A stretch of DNA of 64,000 nucleotides from contig JACPWY010000010.1 of NCBI GenBank assembly GCA_016196825.1, positions 233,355 to 297,354 of the forward strand, written 5' to 3'. The stretch comes from Deltaproteobacteria bacterium (GTDB lineage: Bacteria; Bdellovibrionota; FAC87; UBA2466). The notes under the pieces are model-generated. The model worked only from the letters and a program-made list of their open reading frames with translations, was not told the DNA's origin and did no database searches. Below, piece after piece: positions 1-9,697 of the stretch (position 1 is the first letter of the stretch; each line of letters starts with the position of its first letter). The translations under genes and the position numbers were made by a program.

Positions 1-553
1 AATTGTCCATGAGATTGATGAGAAGGCGGCCGGTGTACCAAAAGGGGCCCTGGGGACTGTCGGACCGAAAATCGATGCGGGTGCTGCGCATCTGTTCCGG
101 AACAACGAGATCATTGAGATTGATCTTCATGCTCTCATCGGTGATGAGGTGGGTGCTTTTTCCGTCCGACACCTTTGTCTGCTCGAGGGTCTGTTCGGCA
201 GCGTCCCGATCACCCTTGTCGAGGTCGGAGAGCTTCGTGGCGTCGGGAGGGAAGGCCGGAAGGGGCATGTTCCAGATCCCATCGATGAGCGCGCCGCCGC
301 CGGGAACCTGCTTAATGAGATTTTTGACGTTGGGATCCTTCTTGGCGCGCGCGTAAAGGGTGATGCGAAGAAGACCGAGTCGGATGCCCGATTTCGCCAG
401 ATAGTAGGCCTGGATCTGGTTGAGCTCGTTGTAGGCGAGCTTTTGTTCCACCATGGACGCGTACTGAAACTCGAAGAGCATGATGCTAATAACCATGAGG
501 GCCACGAGAACCGTGAGAAGTGCGGCCCCCTGATTGTGAATGGCTCGTTTCAT
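1..553 (-). CDS. gspK: Type II secretion minor pseudopilin GspK (N-terminal part; gene continues past window start)
   Basis: Absent from the ORF track because it is open at the window edge. My reverse-complement translation from ATG 553..551 reads MKRAIHNQGAALLTVLVALMVISIMLFEFQYASMVEQKLAYNELNQIQAYYLAKSGIRLGLL... with no stop down to nt 2. ATGA overlap with the gspJ stop (550-553). Position after gspJ. Confidence 0.7.
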   Translation of the reverse strand, partial: MKRAIHNQGAALLTVLVALMVISIMLFEFQYASMVEQKLAYNELNQIQAYYLAKSGIRLGLLRITLYARAKKDPNVKNLIKQVPGGGALIDGIWNMPLPAFPPDATKLSDLDKGDRDAAEQTLEQTKVSDGKSTHLITDESMKINLNDLVVPEQMRSTRIDFRSDSPQGPFWYTGRLLINLMDN

Positions 554-1245
554 GATAGTTTGGCAATCACATCCGTGTTGTTGGGAAAGGCGATCTTGAA
601 TTCTGTCTCGAAGAGAGCCTCCTTGCCCTCTGAGTTCAGGACGCCGAGCGTGATCTTCACCGCTTGGGGAAATCTGTCTTGGCGTTCGCCCCCGTCAGAG
701 TTCCAGTCGTCGACCCACTTTCCGGCCTTATCGTCCCAGTATTGAAAACGCAGGGATGAAACACTGTCCATGAGGCGGAACACGCTTCCACCCTGGTAAA
801 GATCGGCGTCTATGAACTCGGCTTCTCTTTTCATGAGGGAGGAGCCTGATGTTTTGTTGGAGCGCTTTTGAAGAAAATAGGAGATCTCAGTCTGTTCGCT
901 CTCGCGGAGGCCCGCGTAATAGACCCGGTGGCTGAGCGAGGTGAACACAAGTTCGGACTTACGGCCGTCAAAAAGGGTGTGGGCCGAGGGTTGGGAAGAG
1001 AGGACGAGCTGCTTGGTTTCTCGGCCGAGCTCATCGTAGCGGATGTGGAAAGCCTGAGAGATGTCGTAACGAAAGGTGGAGAAGGCAGCTCGGACGGAGT
1101 TGTAAAGGTCGAGCTCCCTAAAGGCGATGTCCTTAGTGTTTTGGATCTGCTGGATGTGTTTGACTGTTGCGATGCCGATGATGGAAAAAATGGCCAGCGC
1201 TATCAGGATCTCAATCAGTGTGAAGCCGCGATTGTTGTTTCTCAA
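550..1245 (-). CDS. gspJ: Type II secretion minor pseudopilin GspJ
   Basis: Prepilin-type N-terminus MRNNNRG/FTLIEILIALAIFSIIG. 231 aa. 4-nt overlaps with both neighbours. Fourth pseudopilin position in the gspG-H-I-J-K order. Confidence 0.75.
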   Translation of the reverse strand: MRNNNRGFTLIEILIALAIFSIIGIATVKHIQQIQNTKDIAFRELDLYNSVRAAFSTFRYDISQAFHIRYDELGRETKQLVLSSQPSAHTLFDGRKSELVFTSLSHRVYYAGLRESEQTEISYFLQKRSNKTSGSSLMKREAEFIDADLYQGGSVFRLMDSVSSLRFQYWDDKAGKWVDDWNSDGGERQDRFPQAVKITLGVLNSEGKEALFETEFKIAFPNNTDVIAKLS

Positions 1246-1826
1246 TGGGCACCCCCCGTGGGAGTGGGGGAAGGGGCGGGCGTAGCGGTGCCGCCTCCGC
1301 CGGGGAGGCCGCCAATGGAAAGATTTTGGTCGTAGCGGGCGAAGTGGGTGGTGGCATCGATTGTGTGCTTGTCCTTGCCTTCGATCCAGGAGATCTCGGC
1401 GTGGAGCTCACGCAGGGATTGGCTCATGTACTTGCTGGCGGTGTCGAGAATCATCTTTTGTATCTGGTTTTCAGAATTTGCCTCTTCCTTTTCCTTGTCG
1501 TCGCCACCTGTCACCTGCTTTGCGGTCTCGGAAAGATTGAAATCGAGCTCAGTGCAATAGGTCGTCCAGGAATATTTTTCGTTTGGGGCCTCGAATTTTC
1601 CCTCTTTCTTCTTTTCACACCCTTTGTCGAACCCATCGGTCTCAATCTTGGTTTCAAGGTCGACCATGGTCTTTTGAAGGAGCTGTGAGGCGAGCGTAAT
1701 CTCCTTCGCCTGTTGAGTGGCCTTGACGGAACCGTGGACGACATCGACGGCCGCGAGGACGGCCATGACGAAGATGAGCATCGCCACGAGCACCTCGATA
1801 AATGTGAATCCGCTTCGGTTTGTCAT
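1242..1826 (-). CDS. gspI: Type II secretion minor pseudopilin GspI (unusually long, Gly/Pro-rich tail)
   Basis: N-terminus MTNRSG/FTFIEVLVAMLIFVMAV. Assigned by operon position. C-terminus is GGLPGGGGTATPAPSPTPTGGAH. Confidence 0.65.
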   Translation of the reverse strand: MTNRSGFTFIEVLVAMLIFVMAVLAAVDVVHGSVKATQQAKEITLASQLLQKTMVDLETKIETDGFDKGCEKKKEGKFEAPNEKYSWTTYCTELDFNLSETAKQVTGGDDKEKEEANSENQIQKMILDTASKYMSQSLRELHAEISWIEGKDKHTIDATTHFARYDQNLSIGGLPGGGGTATPAPSPTPTGGAH

Positions 1827-2470
1827 GCATTGGCCGCATCAAAGTCGCGCACATACAATTTGAAGAAATCGACTCGTCCCGAGGTGGGCTGGATCGAAAG
1901 AGTGTAGGACTCATTGATCTCCAGGCCCGCCCGATTGAGATAAAGAAGAGCAGGTTCATTGTACCCATTGGGGAAGAAGTAGATGAAAACGACCCCCTCC
2001 TTTTGGAATCCGCCCTTTTCCTTTAGGACGCCATCGATTGAAACGCTGTCCGGGAACGGTATCGGCTTTTTCGAAAATTTCTCGGCGAGCGAAAAGGTGG
2101 ACGGTGGTGGTTCCTGTCCCTTTCGTTTCTTCGCCCGTTCAGCCAGGGTTTCCTCGGTTTCGAGGAGTTGGAACTGGCGTTGGGCGTCGACCCACCAAAC
2201 CTTCTTTTCAAAATCGATCCCAATCCGATGAACTTGGTTCAATAGGATCGCGTCATTGCGGACCGTTCTTATCGTCCCGATGAAGCGCCGGCAGGTCGAG
2301 AGGACCCTTTGGCGTGTCACCTGCTCTATGGCCGGCATGGCCAGCGCCATCACCATGGAGATGATGCCGATGACGATGAGAATCTCGATCAGCGTGAAGC
2401 CTGAAAGGGAACGACTGTTCTGGGGGACTCTATTCGGAACGAACGTCGTCGTCGGTTCCCTGCTCACCAT
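1823..2470 (-). CDS. gspH: Type II secretion minor pseudopilin GspH
   Basis: The ORF is open to 2575, but the prepilin motif SLSG/FTLIEILIVIGIISMV lies about 58 aa in. ATG at 2470 (MVSREPTTTF...) is the last start before the motif. Even that start overlaps the gspG 3' end. Start is uncertain. Confidence 0.65.
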   Translation of the reverse strand: MVSREPTTTFVPNRVPQNSRSLSGFTLIEILIVIGIISMVMALAMPAIEQVTRQRVLSTCRRFIGTIRTVRNDAILLNQVHRIGIDFEKKVWWVDAQRQFQLLETEETLAERAKKRKGQEPPPSTFSLAEKFSKKPIPFPDSVSIDGVLKEKGGFQKEGVVFIYFFPNGYNEPALLYLNRAGLEINESYTLSIQPTSGRVDFFKLYVRDFDAANA

Positions 2471-2861
2471 CCGGACCATCAGAGGAGATCGTATAGTCTT
2501 GATAGTTCTCGCACTCATAGCGATACGGGTTTCCAAAAGGGTCTTTGGGGATCTCTTTCTTTCCCAGAAATCCACTGCTCGGATAATTCTCGGGAACCTT
2601 CCCCGCAGAGGGCTTTTTCACCAATGCTTCCAAACCCTGCGAAGTGTGGGGATACATATTGAGCGCCAGGTAATAGGCCTGCAGCGCCTGCTGGAAGGAG
2701 GCGATCTGAATCTTGGCCCCTTTTTTTCGGGATTCCTTGAGGTTGTCCATGATGTTGACGCCGACGAAGCTGAAGATGAGGCCGATGATACCCAACACGA
2801 TCATGATTTCGATGAGCGTGAAACCTCTCTTGTTTTTGACCCGGTTCTTATGTTGATTCAT
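2430..2861 (-). CDS. gspG: Type II secretion major pseudopilin GspG
   Basis: KRG/FTLIEIMIVLGIIGLI N-terminus. 143 aa. C-terminal ...NPYRYECENYQDYTISSDGPDGEQGTDDD, typical of GspG. Confidence 0.9.
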   Translation of the reverse strand: MNQHKNRVKNKRGFTLIEIMIVLGIIGLIFSFVGVNIMDNLKESRKKGAKIQIASFQQALQAYYLALNMYPHTSQGLEALVKKPSAGKVPENYPSSGFLGKKEIPKDPFGNPYRYECENYQDYTISSDGPDGEQGTDDDVRSE

Positions 2862-2873
2862 GAATGTTCCTCC

Positions 2874-4100
2874 TTAGGACTGTCCCAGGTTGTTGAGCTG
2901 GAGCATGGGCAAAAAAATTGAAAGGGCGACGAGACCGATGACGCCACCCATCACAACAATCATAATCGGCTCGAGGAGTCTTGTCACCGAGGTGATGGCG
3001 TTGTCCACCTGCTTATCATAGGTGTCGGATACGACGTTGAGCATCTCTTCAAGCTCACCGGTCTTTTCTCCTACGGCGATCATGTGGGTGAGGATGGGGG
3101 GGAACTCCCCGCTGGCCTTCAAGGGGCCGGCAATGCTTTTGCCTTCTGCAATACTCTCGCGCGACTGAATGAGGGCGCGTCGGATGACGGTGTTGTCAAC
3201 GACATCCTTGACGATATCAATGGAATCGAGGAGCTGGACGCCGCTGCCGATCATAGTGCTCAGGGTCCGTGCGAATCGGGACACGGCGATCATGCGCTTG
3301 AGCTGGCCAACGGCGGGAATCTTGAGGGACAGTGTGTCCCACCAATCACGCCCCTTGGCGGTTGATGTGTACCACTTAAAGAAAAACACCGAACCGACCA
3401 TGGCGCCGATAATGAGCGGCCAATTGCGTGAGGTGAATCCGCTGATGCTGATCATGACGATGGTGATCATCGGGAGCGGCATCTTGGATCCGGCGAAGAC
3501 CTCGGTGATCTTGGGAACAGCGAAGGCGAACAGGAAGATAGTGATGCCAATCCCTGCCGTCATGATGAAGGCCGGGTAGGCGAGGGCGCCGAAGACCTTG
3601 TTGCGGAGCTCGTATTGGCCTTCAGCAAACTGGGCCAGGCGGTTGAGCACCAGATCGAGGTTGCCGCTCGCCTCACCAACCTTGATCATCGATATGAAAA
3701 TCGGGCTGAACACCTTAGGGAAGGCGGCGCAGCTTTCCGCGAGCGATTTTCCTGAGTTCACGCTCTCCTTCACCTGGGACATGACGGATTTGAGCTTGTT
3801 ATCATTAGTCTGTTCGGTGACAGCGGTGAGAGCTTCATCCAGTGGAATGCGAGCTTTGATGAGTGTGGCGAGCTGGCGGATCATGAGCGTGAGATTTTTC
3901 ATCTTCACGGTGCCAGAGTAGGTAGCACGACCGCCGCTGCCTTTGGCGGTGGAGCTGCTCATCAGGCGTTCTTTGATGTCGGTGGCGAAGATCCCTTTCT
4001 GTTTGAGACGGGCCCTTGCGTTTTTGCTCGAATCGGACTCGACCACACCTTTGGTGTTTTTTCCGGCGGAGTCGACCCCTTTGTATTCGTATACGGGCAT
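2874..4100 (-). CDS. gspF: Type II secretion inner-membrane platform protein GspF
   Basis: 408 aa with two GspF-type repeats and three hydrophobic segments. Lies between gspE and gspG. Confidence 0.9.
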   Translation of the reverse strand: MPVYEYKGVDSAGKNTKGVVESDSSKNARARLKQKGIFATDIKERLMSSSTAKGSGGRATYSGTVKMKNLTLMIRQLATLIKARIPLDEALTAVTEQTNDNKLKSVMSQVKESVNSGKSLAESCAAFPKVFSPIFISMIKVGEASGNLDLVLNRLAQFAEGQYELRNKVFGALAYPAFIMTAGIGITIFLFAFAVPKITEVFAGSKMPLPMITIVMISISGFTSRNWPLIIGAMVGSVFFFKWYTSTAKGRDWWDTLSLKIPAVGQLKRMIAVSRFARTLSTMIGSGVQLLDSIDIVKDVVDNTVIRRALIQSRESIAEGKSIAGPLKASGEFPPILTHMIAVGEKTGELEEMLNVVSDTYDKQVDNAITSVTRLLEPIMIVVMGGVIGLVALSIFLPMLQLNNLGQS

Positions 4101-4103
4101 GTT

Positions 4104-5825
4104 TTATTCCTGGGTGACCGACACGAGCTCTACCGCGGTGGTGACGCCTTCAAGAACTCTCAAAATTCCGTTTTGACGAAGCGAAACCATTCCCTTTTTG
4201 ACCGCTTCGCGCTTGATGACTGAGGAATCGGATTTTTCCATGATGAGGGCCCGGATATCATCGTCAATGGGCATGAGCTCGTGGACGACCATTCGGCCGC
4301 GGTAGCCGGTTTGGTTGCATTCGATGCAGCCTTTGGCGCGAGCGATCTGCTTGCCGACAAAAAGCGTGTGGTCGAGGCCGAGGTTTCGGAGCTCAACTTC
4401 GGTGGGGTGGTACATTTCGCGGCAATTGAGGCAAATTTTTCGCATAAGGCGCTGGGCGAGAACGGCCAAGAGGGATGACGAGACGAGGAATGGTTCGACG
4501 CCCATGTCTATCAATCGTGTTGTGGCGCCCGGAGCGTCGTTGGTGTGGATGGTGGCGAAGACCAAGTGACCGGTGAGTGAAGCCTGGATGGCGATCTCGG
4601 CGGTCTCTTTGTCTCGGATTTCACCAACCATGATGACATCGGGGTCTTGACGAAGAATGGCCCTGAGGCCCGAGGCGAACGTGAGGCCGATCTTGGGGTT
4701 GGCCTGGATTTGGGCCACACCTTTGAGGTCATATTCGATGGGATCCTCAACCGTGATAATGTTGCGTTCGATGGAATTGATGCGGGTGAGACAGGCATAG
4801 AGCGTGGTCGTTTTGCCGGAACCGGTTGGGCCGGTGACGAGCATGATTCCGTGCTTCTTGTGAATGAGCTGATTGATTGTGTTGATGCTATTTTCGTCAA
4901 ATCCGAGATCAATGAGATCGAGTTTGACGCTGCTTTTATCCAAAATACGAAGCACGAGTCGCTCACCGTGCCCGGTGGGGATCACGGAGAGACGAAGGTC
5001 TACGTCCTTGCCGCCGATCTTAATGTTGAGGCGACCATCCTGAGGGAGGCGCTTTTCTGCGATGTCGAGCTCACCCATGAGCTTGATACGGGACGATATG
5101 CCCGCGTGAAGGCCCTTGGGGGGCCGGGCGACGTCGTAGAGGACGCCGTCCTTTCGAAAGCGAACGACCAGCTCCTTGTCGTAGGGCTCGATGTGAATGT
5201 CAGAAGCGCGGTCCTTGATGGCTCGGAAGAGAAGGTTGTTCACGAATCGAATGATGGGGGCGTCATCCTCGGAGCTTTCGAGGAGGTCGACCGTCTCTTC
5301 GAGATCGTATTGGTACTCTTCGGAATTTTGCTCCATGTCGTCCGACATGATGTTTTGTTTTACCCGCTCGTACACTCGGTTGATCGCGTCGGTGACTAGG
5401 CGCGATTCGGTGAGAACGGGGCGCACCTCCTTTTGGAAAATCACCCGGAGGTCGTCGAGACATTGGAGGTTGTAGGGGTCTGAGATGGCGACGGTCACTA
5501 GGTAGTCGTCTATGGCGATGGGAAGCACCTCATGTTGGCGCGCATAGGCGATCGGAATTTCGGCGACCCACTCTGGGTTGATATGGTTGATGTCGATCTC
5601 TTTGAGAAACGGGATGCCGAGCTGAAGGCCAAGCGCCACGAGAATCTCGTGGGGCTGGAGGAACTTCTTCTGAATCAGGATTTCGCCGAGGCGTCCGCCT
5701 TTCTCCTTTTGGATCGTCAGCGCCTCAATGAGCTGGGCCTCAGTCAAAGAGGTGTGGGACAGAAGGATCTGTCCGATCTTGAGCTCTCGACTGAGGACCT
5801 TTGAATCTGTGACCGGTTCACTCAT
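4104..5825 (-). CDS. gspE: Type II secretion ATPase GspE
   Basis: Walker A GPTGSGKTTT, Asp/His boxes, tetracysteine CLNC...CIECNQTGY, N-terminal MshEN/GspE_N-like region. 573 aa. Confidence 0.92.
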   Translation of the reverse strand: MSEPVTDSKVLSRELKIGQILLSHTSLTEAQLIEALTIQKEKGGRLGEILIQKKFLQPHEILVALGLQLGIPFLKEIDINHINPEWVAEIPIAYARQHEVLPIAIDDYLVTVAISDPYNLQCLDDLRVIFQKEVRPVLTESRLVTDAINRVYERVKQNIMSDDMEQNSEEYQYDLEETVDLLESSEDDAPIIRFVNNLLFRAIKDRASDIHIEPYDKELVVRFRKDGVLYDVARPPKGLHAGISSRIKLMGELDIAEKRLPQDGRLNIKIGGKDVDLRLSVIPTGHGERLVLRILDKSSVKLDLIDLGFDENSINTINQLIHKKHGIMLVTGPTGSGKTTTLYACLTRINSIERNIITVEDPIEYDLKGVAQIQANPKIGLTFASGLRAILRQDPDVIMVGEIRDKETAEIAIQASLTGHLVFATIHTNDAPGATTRLIDMGVEPFLVSSSLLAVLAQRLMRKICLNCREMYHPTEVELRNLGLDHTLFVGKQIARAKGCIECNQTGYRGRMVVHELMPIDDDIRALIMEKSDSSVIKREAVKKGMVSLRQNGILRVLEGVTTAVELVSVTQE

Positions 5826-8458
5826 GGATTATCTTTCTCAACCCCCGGATCCAGCGGTGTTAAGTCAGGCGGACTATTATCCTCCGGGGGTGCTTTCTTG
5901 TCATCGGTTGCTGGCTTAGCCGTCGGGGGGGCCGTGACCGGCGTTGGGGCTTTTGGCTTTTCCGCAACCTTTTCTTCGGGCTCATTCAGGATCTTGGAAT
6001 AGGAATTGTCGTCGACCTTCGGGGTCTCCTCGTCATCATTGTTGTTGCGATAGTCGTGGTCGAGATCGAGCTTGCCTCGATCGATCTGGTCGTGGATGTC
6101 CTTCTTGAGATCCTTGGTGAAGGTCTTGAAGTGGTCGCTGCTGTTGCTGTTTTGGTCGATAAACTCATCGCGTTTTTTAATGTTGTCCGAGATGAGATTG
6201 GCGGCGCCGAGGCTTGAGCCGATGATCCTGGGGTGGAGCAAGATGATCAGATTGGTTTTTGTTGACGTGAGATTGCGTGCCTTGAAGAGCCAGCCAAGAA
6301 TGGGGATATCGCCTAGGAGCGGAACTTTGGTGATGATGTCATCAATCTTGTCGGAAATGAGCCCGCCGAGCATCACATAGTCGCCGTCCTTCACTACAAC
6401 TTGGGTGTTAGTGACTCGGCTCGATTTGGCGAAGCTTTTATTGGCGAGCTCCTGAGGAACGCCAGCGCTCCCTTTAGCCGTGTCGACCGTTTGCTCAATC
6501 TCCAGGCGAATCATTCGGCTCGCGGCGTTGACGTGTGGCGTGAGGCTCATCTCAATGCCGGTTTTGAGGCGCTCGATATTTTGGGTCGCGCCTGAGGTGG
6601 CGGTGGCTGCTGTAGTGTTGCCGAATACGGGTGTGTCATCCTGGGCTTTGAAAATCGCCTTTTCGTTGTCGAGGGCGATGATCTGGGGGGTCGAAAGAAT
6701 GGACGTGTCCGTCGATTTGGAGATGATGCTCAGGATGGCGCCAAATGTTGGAATGGGAACCGAAACGCTCGTTACCGTAGAGCCTGAGGCGACATTGAGG
6801 GGAGTGGAATAGGTGGGGGGAACCATCGCAAAGCCGGTCAAGCCTTCTCCGGGAACTCCGCCGGCGAAGGTGCGAGTGATGGCGTCGGCGTCCCCGATAA
6901 AAGCCGGGCCGAGAATGCCACCGGGTAGTCCCGTTACGTAGTTGGGGCTCCATTTGTCACTTCCGGAGAGCGAGAGTTCAACGATGGCGGTTTCGATGAA
7001 TACCTGGAGTCTTGGGATGTCTAGTTTTCGGATCACTCGTTTCAAAGTTTGGTAGTCGGACGAGTTAGCCGTAATGACGAGAGCATTTGTCGCGGCGTCG
7101 GAGGTGATCTTGACTCCGCCCTCAAGTTCGGCAGAGACCGGGCCGACCGAAGCGGGTGAGAGGGTGGCGCCCGGGGCGCCACCGGATGGTGAGGCGGGTT
7201 TCTTTGTTCCGCCCGACTTTCCTCCGCCGGAGAGCGAGGCGAGTGTTGAGGCGAGATCTTCTGCTTTGGCGTGTTCGCAGTAATAGACATGGATGCGGCC
7301 AGTGTCGGAGCTTTTGATGTCGAGTTTAGCTACTAGGTCGACGAGGGAATTGAAGCCGGAGCGGTTGGCGAGGACGATGAGGCTATTGGTCTGCTCTTCC
7401 GGGATGATTTTGGTGATGATGCCGCCGCCGCGGGTGCGTTCGAGAACGCTCCGTCGAAAACTACGGTTGGCGGGGCCGCCCTTTTGATCGTTACCGTAGA
7501 TGGCGCCTAACATATCGGAAATTGTTTTAGCCGAATTGTTTCTGATTCTTAAGACGTGGAGCGAGGTTTCGAAGTTTTTGACGTCGAGGGAGTCGAGGAT
7601 CTCTCGAAGGCGTTGGATATTTGAGCCGGTGTCGGTGATGATGAGGGAGTTGGTGGGCTCGTAGGCGAAGAGTTTGCCTTGCCGGGTCGTGAGATCGCGG
7701 AACTCTCTTTGGACCTCATCGGAGTTAATGTACTTCAACTGGAAAATACGCGTGATGAACTGGTCGTCATTGGGGGCGAAGTCGCCTGCGTAGGTTTGCA
7801 CGGGGGCACGACGGGCTTCAGCCGATTCGATGATGCGAATGAACTTGCCGCTTTGGATCGTGGTTAGGCCGTTGGCGTCGAGTGACGAGAGAAAGGCCTG
7901 ATAGGCTTCTTGGAGTGTAACCTGGCTCGGGCCCATGATCGTTATCTTTCCGCGCACTTTTGAATCGAGGATGAAGTTTTTGCCCGTCCACTTACTGATG
8001 AGCGTGACGACGTCCTTGATGTCCTTATCGGGGAGATCGAAGTTTTTGACCTGGAGCCCCTTAACGGCGGAATCGAGCTGGAGGTAATCGGCGAGTGCTG
8101 GGGCTCCCTTTGCGTTTCCGGGCTGGGCGTCTGGTCGGCCGGGTGCGAGCGCCGGGGAATTGCCGGCCGAACGGGGCATGGTTTGGATTGGGGCTTGTGG
8201 CGCGGACGGAGCCTGCTGCTGATTGGGAGGAGGAGTGAACCCGAACGATTCCCCACCGGCGTAGTCGTTATCATCCATCGGGGCGGAGGCCGGTGGAGGG
8301 GGAGGCGGCGGTTCGGATTCACCACCACCGAACGGGTTTTCGGCGAGAAGCATCGATGAGTGGCTGAGTGCCAAGAGTGAGATGACCCTAAGGCACCATC
8401 TTCGTCGCAGGCGGGTGAGAACGTTCATGGGGTCTCTCTGTGGACTATTTGACGTCAT
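5822..8458 (-). CDS. gspD: Type II secretion secretin GspD (with low-complexity N- and C-terminal extensions)
   Basis: 878 aa. Secretin core ...VPLLGDIPILGWLFK..., N0-N3-like repeats, signal-like N-terminus. GGAG Shine-Dalgarno 7 nt before ATG 8458. Confidence 0.9.
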   Translation of the reverse strand: MTSNSPQRDPMNVLTRLRRRWCLRVISLLALSHSSMLLAENPFGGGESEPPPPPPPASAPMDDNDYAGGESFGFTPPPNQQQAPSAPQAPIQTMPRSAGNSPALAPGRPDAQPGNAKGAPALADYLQLDSAVKGLQVKNFDLPDKDIKDVVTLISKWTGKNFILDSKVRGKITIMGPSQVTLQEAYQAFLSSLDANGLTTIQSGKFIRIIESAEARRAPVQTYAGDFAPNDDQFITRIFQLKYINSDEVQREFRDLTTRQGKLFAYEPTNSLIITDTGSNIQRLREILDSLDVKNFETSLHVLRIRNNSAKTISDMLGAIYGNDQKGGPANRSFRRSVLERTRGGGIITKIIPEEQTNSLIVLANRSGFNSLVDLVAKLDIKSSDTGRIHVYYCEHAKAEDLASTLASLSGGGKSGGTKKPASPSGGAPGATLSPASVGPVSAELEGGVKITSDAATNALVITANSSDYQTLKRVIRKLDIPRLQVFIETAIVELSLSGSDKWSPNYVTGLPGGILGPAFIGDADAITRTFAGGVPGEGLTGFAMVPPTYSTPLNVASGSTVTSVSVPIPTFGAILSIISKSTDTSILSTPQIIALDNEKAIFKAQDDTPVFGNTTAATATSGATQNIERLKTGIEMSLTPHVNAASRMIRLEIEQTVDTAKGSAGVPQELANKSFAKSSRVTNTQVVVKDGDYVMLGGLISDKIDDIITKVPLLGDIPILGWLFKARNLTSTKTNLIILLHPRIIGSSLGAANLISDNIKKRDEFIDQNSNSSDHFKTFTKDLKKDIHDQIDRGKLDLDHDYRNNNDDEETPKVDDNSYSKILNEPEEKVAEKPKAPTPVTAPPTAKPATDDKKAPPEDNSPPDLTPLDPGVEKDNP

Positions 8459-9500
8459 AGGTGATCTCCATTTCCTGGCCGCCTCGGATGACCTTGAGGC
8501 TCACGCGCGGGGAGTTCTTGAGCTTGGTGAAGGCCTCGAGCCCCTTGCCGGGGTTGTCGAGGAGGATGTCGTTGACTCCGCTCAAGACGTCGCCTTGTCG
8601 AACGCCAAGGCTGGCGAATGGGGAGTCGGGGTCGATGGACTGGACTAGGAAACCCTTAAACTTGTTGGTCCCAGGTTCAAGGAACGGAACGGCTCGGGCG
8701 GTTTGGAGAATTTGATTGAGATTGCCGAGCTTTTCGTCGAGGAAGCTGCGGCGGACGCTGAAGGCGTTCTCCGAGGTGGGCATGATGCCATCCATTCTGG
8801 CTCGCCCCTCGAGTGAGGCGCCCATGGTGCCGATGTTGTCTTCCGGGATTTGGATGAACTCGAGCTCTTGCGTGGATTGGACCTGGAAGCACAGCTTTTT
8901 GCGATCAACCTTCAGGGCGAGGTATTTGTCGAAAAAGATGTCATCCTTTTTCACGGCGAGCTTGTCGGCCTTACCCTCCTCCTGAACGAGGGCTACGGAG
9001 AAGGTGTCGCTGCTCGTGACAATCGTTCCATGGAGGACGAGCCGCTGAGTGGATGGGCGGGCTTGGCTCAGACAATCGAGGAGCCCCTGATCGAAGGCAT
9101 CGGGGATTTTTCCCTCGACGTTGAACATGTTTCTTCGGTTGATGGAGTCGAAATCTTCCTTGGGTCGGGTTGTGACATGGTCACCGGACATTCTTTTCGG
9201 TGGGAGGGGAGAGAAAGTGGGGCGGATGAACAGGCCGATCGTTTTGGCTGCTACGCCGCTGAGAAGATAGATCACGCAGACGATGAGCCCCCAGCGCAAA
9301 AGTCCCGGATATTGGGCGAGTTGCTGGGGGTTGATCTTGCGCAGATTGATGTTTCGCGGAATTCTTTTGCGAATGCTGGCCCCAATTCTTTTGACGCCTG
9401 GCCCTAAACGGCGCAGCCCTCTGCTTGTGCGGCTTCGGGTCTTAGCCAACATCTCGGTCAGGCGCCTGGGGACCTTTCGACTGTTTTCGTCGTCAGACAT
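8445..9500 (-). CDS. gspC: GspC-like type II secretion protein (TM + PDZ domain)
   Basis: Basic N-terminus, single TM (LLRWGLIVCVIYLLSGVAA), C-terminal PDZ-like segment GFLVQSIDPDSPFASLGVRQGDVLSGVN... First gene of the operon. Confidence 0.7.
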   Translation of the reverse strand: MSDDENSRKVPRRLTEMLAKTRSRTSRGLRRLGPGVKRIGASIRKRIPRNINLRKINPQQLAQYPGLLRWGLIVCVIYLLSGVAAKTIGLFIRPTFSPLPPKRMSGDHVTTRPKEDFDSINRRNMFNVEGKIPDAFDQGLLDCLSQARPSTQRLVLHGTIVTSSDTFSVALVQEEGKADKLAVKKDDIFFDKYLALKVDRKKLCFQVQSTQELEFIQIPEDNIGTMGASLEGRARMDGIMPTSENAFSVRRSFLDEKLGNLNQILQTARAVPFLEPGTNKFKGFLVQSIDPDSPFASLGVRQGDVLSGVNDILLDNPGKGLEAFTKLKNSPRVSLKVIRGGQEMEITYDVK

Positions 9501-9697
9501 AGATTGTTTTGCGTTGAGTCAATCTGAGGATACGGCGGTGCTTGTGGTAGGGATTTGGTGCAAGGACCGAGCCACTGAAATTCTCTGATTTCACGCACGC
9601 TCCGAGCGCACTGCGCTTTGCCAAAACTGCGGTTGAGGAAGTTCCTGTCAAACAAAGGACGGCTGAGCGCGTTATCTCGTGACAGTTTGTCAGAGCG

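Noticed and set aside
3-745. Two plus-strand ORFs (117 and 198 aa) at the window start
   Set aside because: They are antisense to gspK/gspJ. The minus strand gives a continuous GspK-type translation starting with an ATGA overlap, and the plus-strand products have no motifs.
2471-2575. N-terminal extension of the gspH ORF (start at 2575)
   Set aside because: It would overlap 146 nt of gspG and give a 58-aa leader before the prepilin cleavage motif. The nearest ATG (2470) is preferred, though the start is still uncertain.
4647-5399. 250-aa plus-strand ORF
   Set aside because: It is antisense to gspE (Walker motifs lie on the minus strand). It is a shadow ORF.
9501-9697. Partial matches (TAGGGATTT, CCGAGCCA) to the palindromic element family in the gspC upstream region
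   Set aside because: There are only short 8-9-nt matches, with no inverted-repeat architecture and no AGAGCC termini. This is compatible with chance.
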